NCBI RefSeq assembly: GCF_006345805.1
Contig: NC_043000.1
Coordinates: 106,454,001-106,518,000, forward strand
Source of the DNA: Octopus sinensis
Lineage: Eukaryota
DNA: 64,000 nt
Direction of reading: 5' to 3'
The notes beneath the pieces were generated by a model. It did not search any database. It had not been told where the DNA came from and saw only the letters and a program-made list of their open reading frames with translations. Shown piece by piece: positions 46,801 through 54,884 of this stretch; position 1 is the stretch's first letter, and each line of letters starts with the position of its first letter. Both the position numbers and the translations under genes were made by a program.

Positions 46801-47194
46801 AATCATGAATTCCTTTTTGGTGTGGATGACCTCCCTAATACAAAAGTATTAAACGGTATGGTCTGGGTGCATTTACCGTTACATAATACTAAAGGTAGAT
46901 TAAGACAACTTGAAGAAAGAGATTCTGGATCTTGTTTCTTAGATTATTTGACTTTCTTATAAAATGTTTATTATTTTTCTGTGTTTTATGTGGTATTTTC
47001 TTTTTGCTTGCGCTGTGTTACAGGTTCCAGAAGATTGGCAGGACAGCGCAACAATCACAGATATCGCATTTGCTGGTCACTACATGCATGGTGGATTGAA
47101 GGAAACACCAGAACTGTCTGCATTAGAGAAGAAGTTACCCAAGTGGGTAACTGCAGTTTCATGGACAGCTACATATGATAGCTGGAAGTTTTGA
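492..47194 (+). CDS. ERMP1: Endoplasmic reticulum metallopeptidase 1-like gene (M28 peptidase plus multi-TM region plus C-terminal luminal domain), 5'-incomplete; 12 exons in window
   Basis: Exons 492-597, 3575-3721, 6530-6622, 12785-13003, 14573-14802, 17130-17295, 20318-20508, 27399-27554, 30404-30609, 31126-31241, 38440-38624, 47024-47194 all have AG/GT boundaries and matching phases (1,1,1,1,0,1,0,0,2,1,0). They join into one open frame of 1986 nt ending TGA. Motifs [49 protein letters not shown] and HYM match ERMP1 as I recall it. Confidence 0.96.
664..876 (+). mobile_element. tRNA-derived SINE, here called family A
   Basis: ggcagtgagctggcagaa (A box), gagttcaaat (B box), gactttgcctttcatcc-type body, tgcctatagtagaa end. 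Recurs at about 1185-1395, 14997-15880 (x4), 17655-17790, 27150-27300, 42047-42790, 51455-51640(-), 52820-53010(-), 53036-53198, 57139-57340 and 59849-60250. Confidence 0.85.
878..966. repeat. (AAT)n followed directly by (ATT)n microsatellite
   Basis: AAT repeats switch to ATT repeats at about 943. Confidence 0.95.
969..1121 (+). mobile_element. 3' part of SINE family D
   Basis: Matches the 3' half of the full copy at 21339-21655 (ggataacatcagtgg...gagaggggaggctgg...ccataaacaaccttgc...ggtgcaatccc). Confidence 0.7.
1900..2035 (-). mobile_element. SINE family B, partial
   Basis: Reverse complement of the gtggctgtatggtaagaag...ggtttcagccc...caaagccttatgagt head. A similar minus copy lies at about 23444-23592. 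Confidence 0.65.
2788..2997 (+). mobile_element. Mariner-derived MITE (~210 bp)
   Basis: Perfect 23-bp TIRs gagggggtactgaaaagttcctg / caggaacttttcagtaccccctc, with TA on the right. Interior translates to [18 protein letters not shown], a mariner transposase C-terminus. Confidence 0.88.
3575..3721 (+). CDS. ERMP1: ERMP1 exon 2 in window
   Basis: ttttcag|GTCCG...CCAG|gtgagt; (G)[48 protein letters not shown](G); 147 nt. Confidence 0.96.
5075..5330 (-). mobile_element. RTE LINE 3'-tail element (family C) with (GAT)n tail
   Basis: (CAT)n followed by catgctagc...ggctggatgcctttcctaatgccaac. Same family at about 7265-7415(+), 10286-10370(+), 11370-11780(-), 15900-16050(+), 16175-16400(-), 25208-25496(-), 28260-28480(-), 34900-35050(+), 37725-38010(-), 38925-39420(-) and 44950-45090(-). 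Confidence 0.85.
6530..6622 (+). CDS. ERMP1: ERMP1 exon 3 in window, contains the metal-binding His (YHT)
   Basis: ctctcag|GTTTG...GGTG|gtgagt; (G)[30 protein letters not shown](G); 93 nt. Confidence 0.96.
7429..7827 (+). mobile_element. tRNA-derived SINE family B, full length (~400 bp) with internal TA/TG microsatellite
   Basis: ggcacaggagtggctgtgtagtaag (A box), ggttcagtc (B box), caaagccttgtgagtggatttggtagacggaaactg body, gactgaaacaagtaaaagagt end. Confidence 0.88.
7936..8343 (+). mobile_element. SINE family B, second copy with the A-box segment deleted
   Basis: Colinear with 7429-7827 but begins ggcgcagtagcttgc, lacking gagtggctgtgtggtaa. Confidence 0.88.
8385..9306 (-). mobile_element. 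Tc1/mariner transposon relic (DUF4817-type transposase), 3'-truncated
   Basis: ORF 8359-8790 has [29 protein letters not shown]...VTVWCG...FYFQQDG. Frameshifted N-terminus lies to about 9160. 5' TIR (TA)TAGGGTGTCCCAAAAAATG at about 9290-9308; second TIR not found. Confidence 0.85.
10140..10285 (-). mobile_element. 3' module of the tRNA-SINE/hammerhead element (head missing)
   Basis: Reverse complement is colinear with 37520-37637: aacccaggttcgaaatttccccaagacacctgatga...gaaacgttgtgttaacaacaaacaagatgaggacaaatatcc...tgtaaataatgtaa. Confidence 0.85.
10216..10261 (-). ncRNA. Candidate minimal type I hammerhead ribozyme (Penelope-type)
   Basis: Minus strand reads gacac-CUGAUGA-aa-gcug[gaggauguau]cagc-c-GAAAC-GUU-guguu. 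Helix I gacac/guguu, helix II gcug/cagc, palindromic AACGUU replacing helix III, GUU cleavage triplet. Confidence 0.7.
10374..10598 (+). mobile_element. CR1-clade LINE 3' end
   Basis: 10374-10523 translates [49 protein letters not shown], matching the CR1 ORF2 C-terminal pattern FS.RV..WN.LP...FK..LD. A (CTAA)n tail follows. Confidence 0.8.
10630..11278 (-). mobile_element. maT/DD37D-like mariner, internally deleted and 3'-truncated
   Basis: [57 protein letters not shown] followed by a frameshifted QDS and SPDCNPLDY region. 5' TIR TA-CAGGGCGCAATGGGTAAATTG at 11258-11280. Confidence 0.85.
12200..12620 (+). mobile_element. RTE (BovB-like) LINE ORF C-terminal fragment
   Basis: From 12230: [42 protein letters not shown]; later [23 protein letters not shown], a terminal C2H2 finger typical of this clade. 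Frameshifted. Confidence 0.72.
12785..13003 (+). CDS. ERMP1: ERMP1 exon 4 in window
   Basis: ttttcaag|GTGAA...AAAG|gtgagt; (G)[72 protein letters not shown](G); 219 nt. Confidence 0.95.
13078..13275 (+). mobile_element. Probable DINE-1/HINE-like non-autonomous Helentron-related element
   Basis: ttatctccacc...ggaggtattgttttc start with a short ctcc/ggag hairpin, then a (GTTT)n tract and gatggattcagatgaaactt. Architecture recognised, not searched. Confidence 0.5.
13829..14194 (+). mobile_element. Non-autonomous Helitron/Helentron-like (Lep1-type architecture) element
   Basis: Starts ACTAG with an 18-bp-stem hairpin (13829-13869); has CACA/CAGA simple repeat near the end; ends tttatatatatagat; lies in a TA-rich site. 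Confidence 0.65.
14573..14802 (+). CDS. ERMP1: ERMP1 exon 5 in window, TM segments
   Basis: ttttttag|GTAAA...TATAAA|gtaagc; (G)[76 protein letters not shown]; 230 nt. Confidence 0.93.
14997..15880 (+). mobile_element. Head-to-tail array of four SINE family A copies
   Basis: Heads at about 14997, 15270, 15516 and 15690, each followed by gttc(a)aat and gccttt..aataaaataagtaccag; separated by (AAT)/(CAT)/(ATT) runs. Confidence 0.8.
17130..17295 (+). CDS. ERMP1: ERMP1 exon 6 in window
   Basis: ctcccag|AATGAA...AAAG|gtgagt; [55 protein letters not shown](G); 166 nt. Confidence 0.92.
18620..19030. repeat. Degenerate AT-rich minisatellite (~21-25 bp unit)
   Basis: Recurrent tgtttaattaa(c/t)aatgaaac(ata) units. 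Confidence 0.7.
19620..19830 (+). mobile_element. Highly decayed RTE-like LINE C-terminal fragment
   Basis: RWIKHTFR...[24 protein letters not shown] resembles the RTE pattern RWIGH..R....AL.W.P.GKR.RGRPK.TW. Confidence 0.45.
20318..20508 (+). CDS. ERMP1: ERMP1 exon 7 in window
   Basis: ctttcag|GTCAT...TTCAGT|gtaagt; (G)[63 protein letters not shown]; 191 nt. Confidence 0.92.
21339..21655 (-). mobile_element. tRNA-derived SINE family D, full length
   Basis: Minus strand: gtgaaggtacatggctcagtggttagagc (A box), gagtttaattccc (B box), acacattatttcacactgctgcagttcactc body; tail shared with 969-1121. Confidence 0.75.
23684..24400 (-). mobile_element. Tc1 (DD34E-type) transposase relic
   Basis: [19 protein letters not shown]...[27 protein letters not shown] is a decayed form of PTVKHGGGSVM.W...FQDDN.P.HT. 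Confidence 0.75.
24630..24860. repeat. Compound (CTGT)n/(CTAT)n/(CAAT)n microsatellite
   Basis: Directly visible. Confidence 0.95.
25181..26150 (+). repeat. Partial tandem duplication (period 469 bp) with a LINE-tail insertion in the first copy
   Basis: 25497-~25690 matches 25966-~26150; 25181-25207 matches about 25904-25930. Confidence 0.85.
26194..26548 (+). mobile_element. SINE family B with a small internal deletion after the B box
   Basis: Colinear with 7429-7827 but lacks the cccactgcgtggcatcttgggcaagtgt segment. Confidence 0.85.
27399..27554 (+). CDS. ERMP1: ERMP1 exon 8 in window
   Basis: ttttttag|GCTAAT...ATGAAA|gtaaga; [52 protein letters not shown]; 156 nt; absent from the ORF track because it is short. 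Confidence 0.92.
28994..29210 (-). mobile_element. maT/DD37D-like mariner fragment, same family as 10630-11278
   Basis: [44 protein letters not shown]. Confidence 0.82.
29210..29550. repeat. Degenerate GC-moderate minisatellite
   Basis: Repeated ttgccagtgttg / ttgctagtgttgttacagtgg units. Confidence 0.65.
30404..30609 (+). CDS. ERMP1: ERMP1 exon 9 in window, C-terminal luminal domain
   Basis: cttacag|CATATT...CTCAG|gtaaca; [68 protein letters not shown](R); 206 nt. Confidence 0.93.
31126..31241 (+). CDS. ERMP1: ERMP1 exon 10 in window
   Basis: tcatgcag|GAAAT...ATAG|gtaagt; (R)[38 protein letters not shown](G); 116 nt; phases 2 and 1 fit the neighbouring exons. Confidence 0.88.
31295..33700 (-). 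mobile_element. RTE/RTEX-clade LINE, 5'-truncated, decayed, antisense in ERMP1 intron 10
   Basis: APE endonuclease ([30 protein letters not shown]), RT ([26 protein letters not shown]), CxxC..CxxC motif ([23 protein letters not shown]), 3' UTR and (GAT)n tail. Contains stops, frameshifts and internal deletions. Confidence 0.93.
34360..34490 (-). mobile_element. SINE family B fragment
   Basis: Reverse complement reads ggtttccggttccgtcccactgcacagcacac...aaaaccttgtgggggg. Confidence 0.7.
34555..35050 (+). mobile_element. SINE family B head joined to an RTE-type tail
   Basis: ggagcagacattgctgtatgg...ggttcagtccc...ccttgggcaagtg head, then gtcttgacatc...ggccatgggaaaat...gttggcaacaggaagg and a family C tail ending (GAT)n. 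Confidence 0.7.
36916..37148 (+). mobile_element. L1/Tx1-like ORF2 internal fragment
   Basis: [18 protein letters not shown]...[23 protein letters not shown]; paralogous to 53421-53717. Confidence 0.75.
37388..37637 (+). mobile_element. tRNA-headed SINE-like element with (AAT)n(AAC)n linker and a Penelope-type hammerhead 3' module
   Basis: A box tggcggagtgg, anticodon-like arm, B box gagttcgattcc; simple-repeat linker at about 37463-37495; CTGATGA at 37549-37555, helix II ggctg/cagtc, GAAAC at 37577-37581; 3' (tgtaaataa)n. Confidence 0.8.
38440..38624 (+). CDS. ERMP1: ERMP1 exon 11 in window
   Basis: attctag|GTCCA...TTTACT|gtaagt; (G)[61 protein letters not shown]; 185 nt. Confidence 0.93.
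38925..39420 (-). mobile_element. RTE/RTEX LINE 3' end (ORF C-terminus plus 3' UTR)
   Basis: Family C tail at the left. Reverse complement of 39290-39420 is a decayed RR..W..H..R.D....GRGRP.KTW segment. Confidence 0.7.
39430..40273 (-). mobile_element. Fold-back mariner derivative (844 bp) with ~240-bp inverted arms
   Basis: TA on both sides (39428-29, 40274-75). 39430-~39672 is the reverse complement of ~40030-40273 with scattered mismatches. Interior encodes an HTH region and SAKFVPKLL (WVPHEL-like linker) but no DD34D domain. Confidence 0.88.
42047..42790 (+). mobile_element. Mosaic tandem array of SINE family A pieces
   Basis: 42383-~42538 is repeated at 42579-~42735 (period 196); 42541-42579 repeats 42198-42237. 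Confidence 0.82.
43370..43610. repeat. Compound (AT)n/(GT)n/(AC)n microsatellite
   Basis: Directly visible; another (AT)n at about 43835-43870. Confidence 0.95.
43871..44920 (-). mobile_element. Non-autonomous Helitron/Helentron-like (Lep1-type architecture) element, ~1.05 kb
   Basis: Minus strand starts ACTAGCTGGTCTACCCAGTAATTCCCGGG and ends (ACAA)/(ACAC) repeat plus tagtagat; (AT)n on both flanks. Confidence 0.65.
46380..46735 (-). mobile_element. CR1/Jockey-group LINE 3' end
   Basis: [22 protein letters not shown]...[14 protein letters not shown]...[15 protein letters not shown], then a tctagtaactc-type 3' UTR. Confidence 0.78.
47024..47194 (+). CDS. ERMP1: ERMP1 last coding exon
   Basis: ttacag|GTTCCA...TTT TGA; [56 protein letters not shown]; 171 nt. 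Confidence 0.94.
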   Translation, partial: VPEDWQDSATITDIAFAGHYMHGGLKETPELSALEKKLPKWVTAVSWTATYDSWKF

Positions 47195-47222
47195 TAATGT
47201 CCAACATGTTAGAGGAATGCAA

Positions 47223-47345
47223 AGCGAGAGAGAGAGAGAGAGAGAGTGAGAGTGAGAGAGGGAGAGAGGAGGAAAGAAGAGAGTGAGTGGGAAGGACAGG
47301 AAGGAAGAAGACAGAGAGACAGAAAGAGAGATGGAGAGAGTGAGT
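47223..47345. repeat. (GA)n compound purine tract immediately after the ERMP1 stop codon
   Basis: Directly visible; probably in the 3' UTR. Confidence 0.9.
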
Positions 47346-48984
47346 GATGAAATCAATTTCCTATATTCATTCCTTTTGATAGCTATAATGTTGAAAATAT
47401 TTTACAAGTATTTTATAATACGTGAGAAAAAAATTGAAATGCAGTTTAACCCCCAACCCCGCCAAAAAAAAAAAAACGTGTAAAGGAAATTTAGTTTTTT
47501 TTGAAGGAAGGAGAAAAAAAACGATTATACATTTTTTATTTTTAATAATTAAAAAAAAAATCAACAATATATTGAACTGAAGCCTAGGGATGAGCCTCTT
47601 GGAATTTTTTAAGCCTGTGCATGTGTGTGTGTATGTATGTGTGTGTGTTTTCAGTACAACTAGTGCCATTTTTAGTCATGAGAATCAGTTCCACTGTGAG
47701 ACATCCTACACAAGTGTCTTCTAGTTGGTCCAAGCTATGTGTATTAAATTTGGGTTGTTGTGTAGTGCCTGATCAGCTCAGATTGAGCAGTTCTCTTGCT
47801 TGCAGGTAGTCAGCCAAATAATTTGATGTAACCAATGTTGTGGACATTCACACTTCCTTTTCTACCTACCTAGCTGAGAACCATACTGCACATTCCAACA
47901 TTGAAACTAGATAGAAAGAATCTGTGTTGAAGCTTGTTGCATCGACTGTACTTGTAATTTAAAGGTAGTCTCAGTGCTGTGGAATTCTCAGCTGCTTACA
48001 CTGTAATGCAATGAGTAGTTAAATTCCATTGATTGCACAACTGGAAACATGCACTGTCAAAACTGACATGAGACCCATCACTGTGTGTGTGTGTGTGTAA
48101 CTGATTGAGTGAATATCTTGATATAGTCTTCATGTTTGCTTGTTCCAAATTTACATTTAATTTACAAGATGAGTATAAAAGTTTATAATTTTTGATATTT
48201 TGAAGTTGAGAAATGTATTTTCCAAAACTACTATTTGGGATTTGTATTTTACCAAAAAAAATTTTTTTTTTTAATAAAATTTATTTCTATGGGTTGGCAG
48301 GATAAATAGACTGAATGGTTAATAATATTGTGTAAAAAAAAAACTAACAAAAAACAAAAACAAAAAATGCAGTATTAGACTTGTTCCTGAATGAACTTTG
48401 TGCAATGGATGATTTAATCAATTATTCCCCTCACCCTACAAACTGTATTAAAGATGTCTACCTACCTCTATATAGCCAGACCCAATTAGTTTTTATTTAA
48501 ATTGGCTAAATGAAAGTTCATAGTTGTATGGAGGAATGTTTCTACATCTTTTTGCAGTCCTTGTTGAAGTCTTCTTTTTGCGGTTGAGTAAATTGTCTTC
48601 TTAGTAGTTGAGCCTTTACAGTGGATCTTTGTTTCTTTCTTCTTTCTCCTCTTCTCTTTAGCTAACCATTTGTTTCTAGCATATACACTTATGATGCTGT
48701 AACTTACAAGTTAGGGCTTCACAAGTGCTGTATGTTCATTATGGTTGTATTGAAAGCATATGAGCGTGATAATAATAAATGATTCAGGGCTGGTTTTCTT
48801 CTCATTTGTCTAGTCACTATTTATAAGATATAAAGATGCAGCGAAGTCATCAACTTTCCCATCAAAGTTGACTTTACAATCATCTTCATCACCTGATAAT
48901 TGCAGGAGTGCTGTGAAGGGAGATAAGTGATGAAAGAGCAGTGGCTGGCAGCACCAAGGGAGATAAATCTACAACGGCCTAAAG

Positions 48985-49239
48985 CAGTTTTCAACCGACT
49001 TTTATCTACGGACCCCTATGGTTCCTATTTTACTTGGGGTTGGGGACCCTCATTGCCATTCGATGTCTAAAAACTGCTATTATATTTTTATGATTAAATA
49101 TTATTAGGAATTGTATGAAAAAAGTGTTTAAATATTTTGTCTATTGTACAAGTATGACCAGTTTATTGTACATAAATTTTAACAATAAAATCTTATATGA
49201 ACCCCCAAGGGCCGTATGGATCCCGGTTGAAAACCACTG
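48985..49239. mobile_element. hAT (Charlie-like) MITE
   Basis: TIRs cagttttcaaccg (slightly deleted) and cggttgaaaaccactg; 8-bp flanks gcctaaag / acttaaag (6/8 identical) fit a decayed hAT TSD. Confidence 0.75.
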
Positions 49240-50266
49240 ACTTAAAGTTGACATGGTTTGATTCTCTGTTAGAATGCTTTCGCTTTCAATTATGTTGCTC
49301 TTGTGAAAAACATAAAAATCCAGAGAAAGACTTTCTCATTCCCCGTGCCCTCTTCTAAAGGTCCCTCCCACCTGTAAATGACCACTGCTATGATGATTGC
49401 ATATTTATGCAGTTGCTTGACCTGCTACAAAAGAGTAGCCATTCTCATTCACTTCATGCCCTACTGTTTTAAAGGAAGATAATTCTGGACAATGTAGCCC
49501 TTATGTATCTGATATACAAAAATGGTTTTGATGGTCATGGCTAAAATGCTTTTGAACCATAGGTTTGCTTGACAAGGGTTTACTTGAGAGGTTAAAAAGC
49601 AACTTCATCAACAACAAATGTTGACTGTTACTATCATTAATTCGTCCATATGAATGTAAACAAAATCCTTGTATGTTTTTCTTTACCTCATCCAACTATA
49701 GTTGTCCCATTAACCACAACTTAATGAATTAGTGAGAGAGCTTTTACACAGTCACTCGACCTGTTAGAAATAGCAGCCCAATACCTCTCAAATTGCACGC
49801 TATTGTTTCAAAAGAAAGGGACAGATTAAATGAGTTCTAGATATTGCTAAAAAGATGGCATGGTCATGGATGGAATAACTTTGATCATAAATCTGCTCAA
49901 TGAAAGTTGATTTTTGTCTGTGTGTGTGTGTATTAAACAGCTTGCTAATGGAATGGGCGAGGTGCTTTGGTTATCTGTAAGTTTGTTAAACATGCTTAGG
50001 TAATAATATTGGATAAATGCATATGCTATGGGGTGATGAGCATCTTGATTTTTTTTTTTACTAAGTTCTTCATTGGAGACAGAAAAATGCTTTGACCTCG
50101 TCACATATGAACTGACCCAAAGTGCTTAAATTTAACTAAAATTTTACCAACCCAGACCACCATTAGTTCCATCAGACTTTCTTTTATATATATATATAAG
50201 GATTTTTTTTGTGTAATAAGATAAAAAACCAAGGCTGTATAGATATTAGTGCATTTATAGATAAAA

Positions 50267-50320
50267 GGTCTTACAGCTGTTTATAGGATATTAATTAATA
50301 ATATCCCTTCATCAGAGATG
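50267..50320 (-). ncRNA. Degenerate Penelope-type minimal hammerhead (second family), core mutated
   Basis: Minus strand reads catct-CTGATGA-ag-ggatatt[attaatt]aatatcc-ta-TAAAC-AGCT-GTA-agacc. Contains palindrome ACAGCTGT and a GUA triplet; the G of GAAA is replaced by T. Confidence 0.55.
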
Positions 50321-51859
50321 GTATGAGAGGAAAAATTAAGTCATAGTTAGTTTCGATGTGATACAAATAGAGAGTGAGGTGGAGGAAAGAAAATAGATGC
50401 AAGATATGTATGGGTATTGAATTTGTAAATCCGCTTTATAGGCATAATGGTATATATGCAATATTCCAATATCCTTTGAGTAAAATCCAGTCATTGTGAT
50501 ACTAACATGGTGTAGAACTCAATGTACATATGTTTCTGAATGGAACGTTAATTAAATACAGAGTGATAATAAGAAAAGAGATGACAAAGGAGTAAACAAT
50601 TATTGTATGAGCTTAGTTTCATCAGAGCTTCAAATATATAAAAACAGTCATAAGCTAATGAAGTTCATATATATATATATATATATACACATGTATGTAT
50701 GTATGTGTGAGTGTTCATGGTTAAGGTGCTTCAAAGTATACCACAGATAATTATAAATGTTATCTGGATAGTGAAACTTCCCTACACTAGTCCTACTTTG
50801 TGCTACCTAACTCCCTGAATTTAAAATTTTATTTAATTTGATGGAACAGTTGCTGTCATGGACTCCTAATTAACCACTGTATTGTTGTTCAATAATTTTT
50901 TACTAATTCCAGTTGTAGTGGTTCAAGTGACTATAGATTTTGAGTGTATAATTCTAGACTGCTGTCTGTCAATAGGCTGCCTGTTATGTATTAGTAGAAC
51001 TTGTGACAACTATTGGTTACATGAAGTTTACCACCCTCTGTGGTGGTTAAAGTAAAAGAGAAAGAGAGAAAAAAAAACCAAACTAAAACCTTAAAATCAA
51101 ATATTGGTGAATATTAGTGTAATGAACACTGATAAAATTCTGTTTTTGTATAAAGTCTGTTAAAAGATTTGTTTTAATTATGTTCCATTTTTTTCATTTT
51201 TTTCAATAAATTTCAATTTCTATCTCCCTCGAGTTTGTGTTTATTTTCTTTCGACTGTATTTAACAATATGCTGCAAATTATGCTCTGTGTGTGTGTGTG
51301 TGTGTGTGTGAGTGTACATGCTTTTATATTGCAGAAACGTTAGAATGCTATTTCATATGGTAGCTGGGAGAAAACTGGAAAGAAGACTGCGACAGTTGGT
51401 GAGGATCTATTAAGTTATAGCATTAACATTGATGTATTATTTAAAACATACTATAGGCACAAAACCTGGAATTTTGTGGGGAGCAGAGCTAAGTCGATTA
51501 CATTGACCCTAGTGCTTGACTGGTATTTATTTTATGGACCCCAAAAGGATGAAGGGTAAAGTTTACCAATTGAACACAGACCTTAAAGATGGATGAAATG
51601 CCACTAAGCATTTTGCTTGGCATGCTAATGACTCTGTCAGCTGAAATGGAAATACATTTTTCTGGATAGGAAAATCAGAGAATGTGAAAAAGAAGATAGT
51701 GGAATTGTGTTATTTTTCAGAATAGTATGGAATTGTATCAGGAATTTGGGATTCGTTGGGTAGAAAGTGACATGCTATGCTCCTAAATTTAATATCCCTG
51801 CAGAGTTGATTGATGACTCCTTGAGAAATTTCTCCTGACTAATGCGAGGATTAGAACTG

Positions 51860-52240
51860 ATTATGGTATCTGAACTGAGGAAAAAAAAATGAACAGTCTT
51901 CAAGTGCTTCAGTTTTGCACAGAGCAGGGCTTGGTCATTATAAATACATTCTTTCAGTTCACGCCCATGCACAAAGCAAATTGGATGTGCTCTGTCTAAA
52001 CACAGATACATTATTGATTTTGTAATTGTGCATTGTTGTGATATGCAAAATGTATGCAAGTTGCATACTCTGAGAGATACAGCATGTTCATCAGGCCATC
52101 ATATGGTAAGAGAAAAGTTTGAATTTGTTGTTAGAAATAAGAAGCGTTCTGGAGGCTGTAGTGTTCAAAACATTGAAGTATCCAAGCTCGAAGCGAAAGA
52201 AGTTGCTAAAAGATTGATGGAAAAATTGGACGAATGATTT
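51860..52240 (+). mobile_element. RTE (BovB-like) endonuclease-region fragment
   Basis: LQFCTEQGLVIINTFFQ...HKANW...IIDFVIV..CDMQNV..LHTLRDTACSSGHHMVREKF. Confidence 0.65.
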
Positions 52241-53420
52241 GAAGGATAAAATCTACAAGATTGCGTCAACCACGTTGGGTTTATACATAATTAGATCAGG
52301 ACTGGTTCAACTATAATGGCACTGAAGTTGTAGCAATGCTAAAGTATAAAAACACCGTTTGCTAAGTTCCTGTAACAAGATATTCTTGTGATACTGAAAA
52401 ACGCATTGAAAATACAAAACACTGTCAAAGGTAACTTGCAGTGTAAATTTAGAGTGATGAAGTACAGCTAGTGGATAGGAAAAAAACTTGAAATAGACCT
52501 AAAAGCAGAAAGGAAGGGTATCGACGGCATACATGATCTGAGGTAGGTAGTTTGATTCCTTGTCAACATTTAATTGAAAAAAGTTCAAAGTACATCTGAG
52601 ATTCGAATGGCATTATGAATCTCTGGACTGAATATGGACCTTTTTAGAAATCCTATCGTGAATAAGGATTATTATCATTTCTTTTCCTTCACTCATCCAT
52701 GAATCAAGATTGCGTAATACTCTATCCAACTCTGGAATATGTATAGAGGGTGATTGGCCAAATGAGAGCTAAAAAGGCCCTTTGTATTAAATTGGCTGGT
52801 AGTTTTCATCAGTGTTGATTTCCAATTTTTTGTTACAAGGCTAACAATTTCGAGGACGGGCGTAAATCGATTACATCGACCCCTGTGTTCAACTGGCACT
52901 TACTTTTATCGACCCTGGGAGGATGAAAGGCAAAGTCGACACCGCAGTATTCGATCTCAACGTAAATTCGGAAGAAATGCCGCAAAGCAGTTTTCCTGGT
53001 GCAGTAACGATTTATGATATAATAGATGATATAATGGCGAGCTGGCAGAATCGTTAGGACCCTGGGCAAAATGCTTTGTGGCATTTCGTCTGTCATCATG
53101 TCCTAAGTTCAAATTGCCTTTCATTCTTTCGGAGTCGATAAAATAGGTACCAATTGATCACCCTCGAAACTGCTAGTCTTGTGCCAAAATTTGAAGCCAA
53201 TTTTAATAGATGATGTTCGGTAAGGATTGTTGAACATCAGAACAGGAAAGATTTTGCTGTTATCTCTATATGAAAATAAGAGTAAAGAAAAGGAATATGG
53301 AAACTATAGGGGTTTCTCTTTATTTTCAGTAAATGGGAAGGTGTTTTCGAGGGAGACTTCTGAATAAACTTCTATTATACGATGTAAACACAAGGCGGAT
53401 ATTTTCCCTTTGAACGGCAA

Positions 53421-53717
53421 ATGTGCAAGGTGTTTCACGAGCATTTCGCCCTGCTATTCGGAAGGAGCGGCGGACTGGAGCGCGGGGAGAAGCTCACAGA
53501 CTTCCTGGCCGGTTTGTCGCGTCTCTCGGGGCGGGATGCGGAATCTTGTGAAGCGCTGATCACAGCCAGGGAAGTTGAGGATGTGTTGGCAGACTGCGGC
53601 GGGGACAAATCGCCGGAGCTCGATGGTCTGCCTTACGAACTCTATAGTAGCATGCCGGATTTGTTTGGGCACCTACTTGCATGCGTGTACACCAACTGGC
53701 AGCAGAACGGGAGAATT
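53421..53717 (+). mobile_element. L1/Tx1-like ORF2 internal fragment, GC- and CpG-rich
   Basis: [49 protein letters not shown] matches the L1/Tx1 pre-RT linker (IT..EV..L....KSPG.DGLP.E.Y). Confidence 0.8.
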
Positions 53718-54399
53718 CACATATTCAACGTTTTTTGTTCTCTTATTACAAAGTTCTTAAAATTTCGAGTAGGTACTAATCATATAGTACTATTTCAGTC
53801 TTTTAAAAAATCGTCAGCATGATATAACTGACCACATAATTCTCTTTTCTCTTATCTCTCTTCCTAGATGATGATATAGACATTGAAAAATAATCAGAGT
53901 TAATGATAATTCTCATAAAAGACAACGGAAGATAACTTAAGTGTTAAAATTGGTGAAGAATTGAAAGGCTGTGACTTTATATAGGTTTTGAGAGAAAGAA
54001 AAAAAAAACATTCACTAAGTAGGCAATTGAAAATAACGAGGTGGGAAATTTTCCTCGGGAAAGCTTTGGCAACTAGACTACATAGCCAAGTGTAGGTTAA
54101 CACAATGCTCTGAGCAAAACAAGTTCTGATAAGTCGTTAATGAAAAGTAAGGGACACAGCTCCTGAATCAAAATTGATTAGAAATTGAATAGAAGCAGGC
54201 AGTGGGCAGTGATAACGACGTCTACCCATATAAGGCGTTGTGTGTTCTATAGATATTCAAAAGATACACAAAAATGACATAATGGGCACGAATAGAATAG
54301 ACTTCTGGCATTTTATCGTATTGTTCTCCACCTCAGTGATGCATACAAAATCTGGCGCATTTCGGCTGAATGGTAACGTGGTTTTATACATACATACAT

Positions 54400-54563
54400 A
54401 TGCACACACACTCATACATATATACACACATATATACATATATCTACATCTACATCTATCCATCCATCCGTCCATCATTACACACACCTATGCAAGCATG
54501 CATACATACATACATACATACATACATACATTACTACCACACACACACACAGACACACTCACA

Positions 54564-54608
<45 letters not shown>

Positions 54609-54837
54609 GTACACACACACATACACACACACACTCACACGTACACACACACATACAGAGGCATACATAGATGCGCACTTATATGTGCGTGGAATTTGGT
54701 GTGCACGAGAGTTTGTGTGCAGGAAGTACATATGTAACTCGTCTGCGTTGCATAGCGTCAACAAAATCTCTTATGAAATATATACTGTAGTTCAACAAGC
54801 GGAACGAATCCCGTAAACAAGTTTCCTGAATAAATAT

Positions 54838-54884
<47 letters not shown>

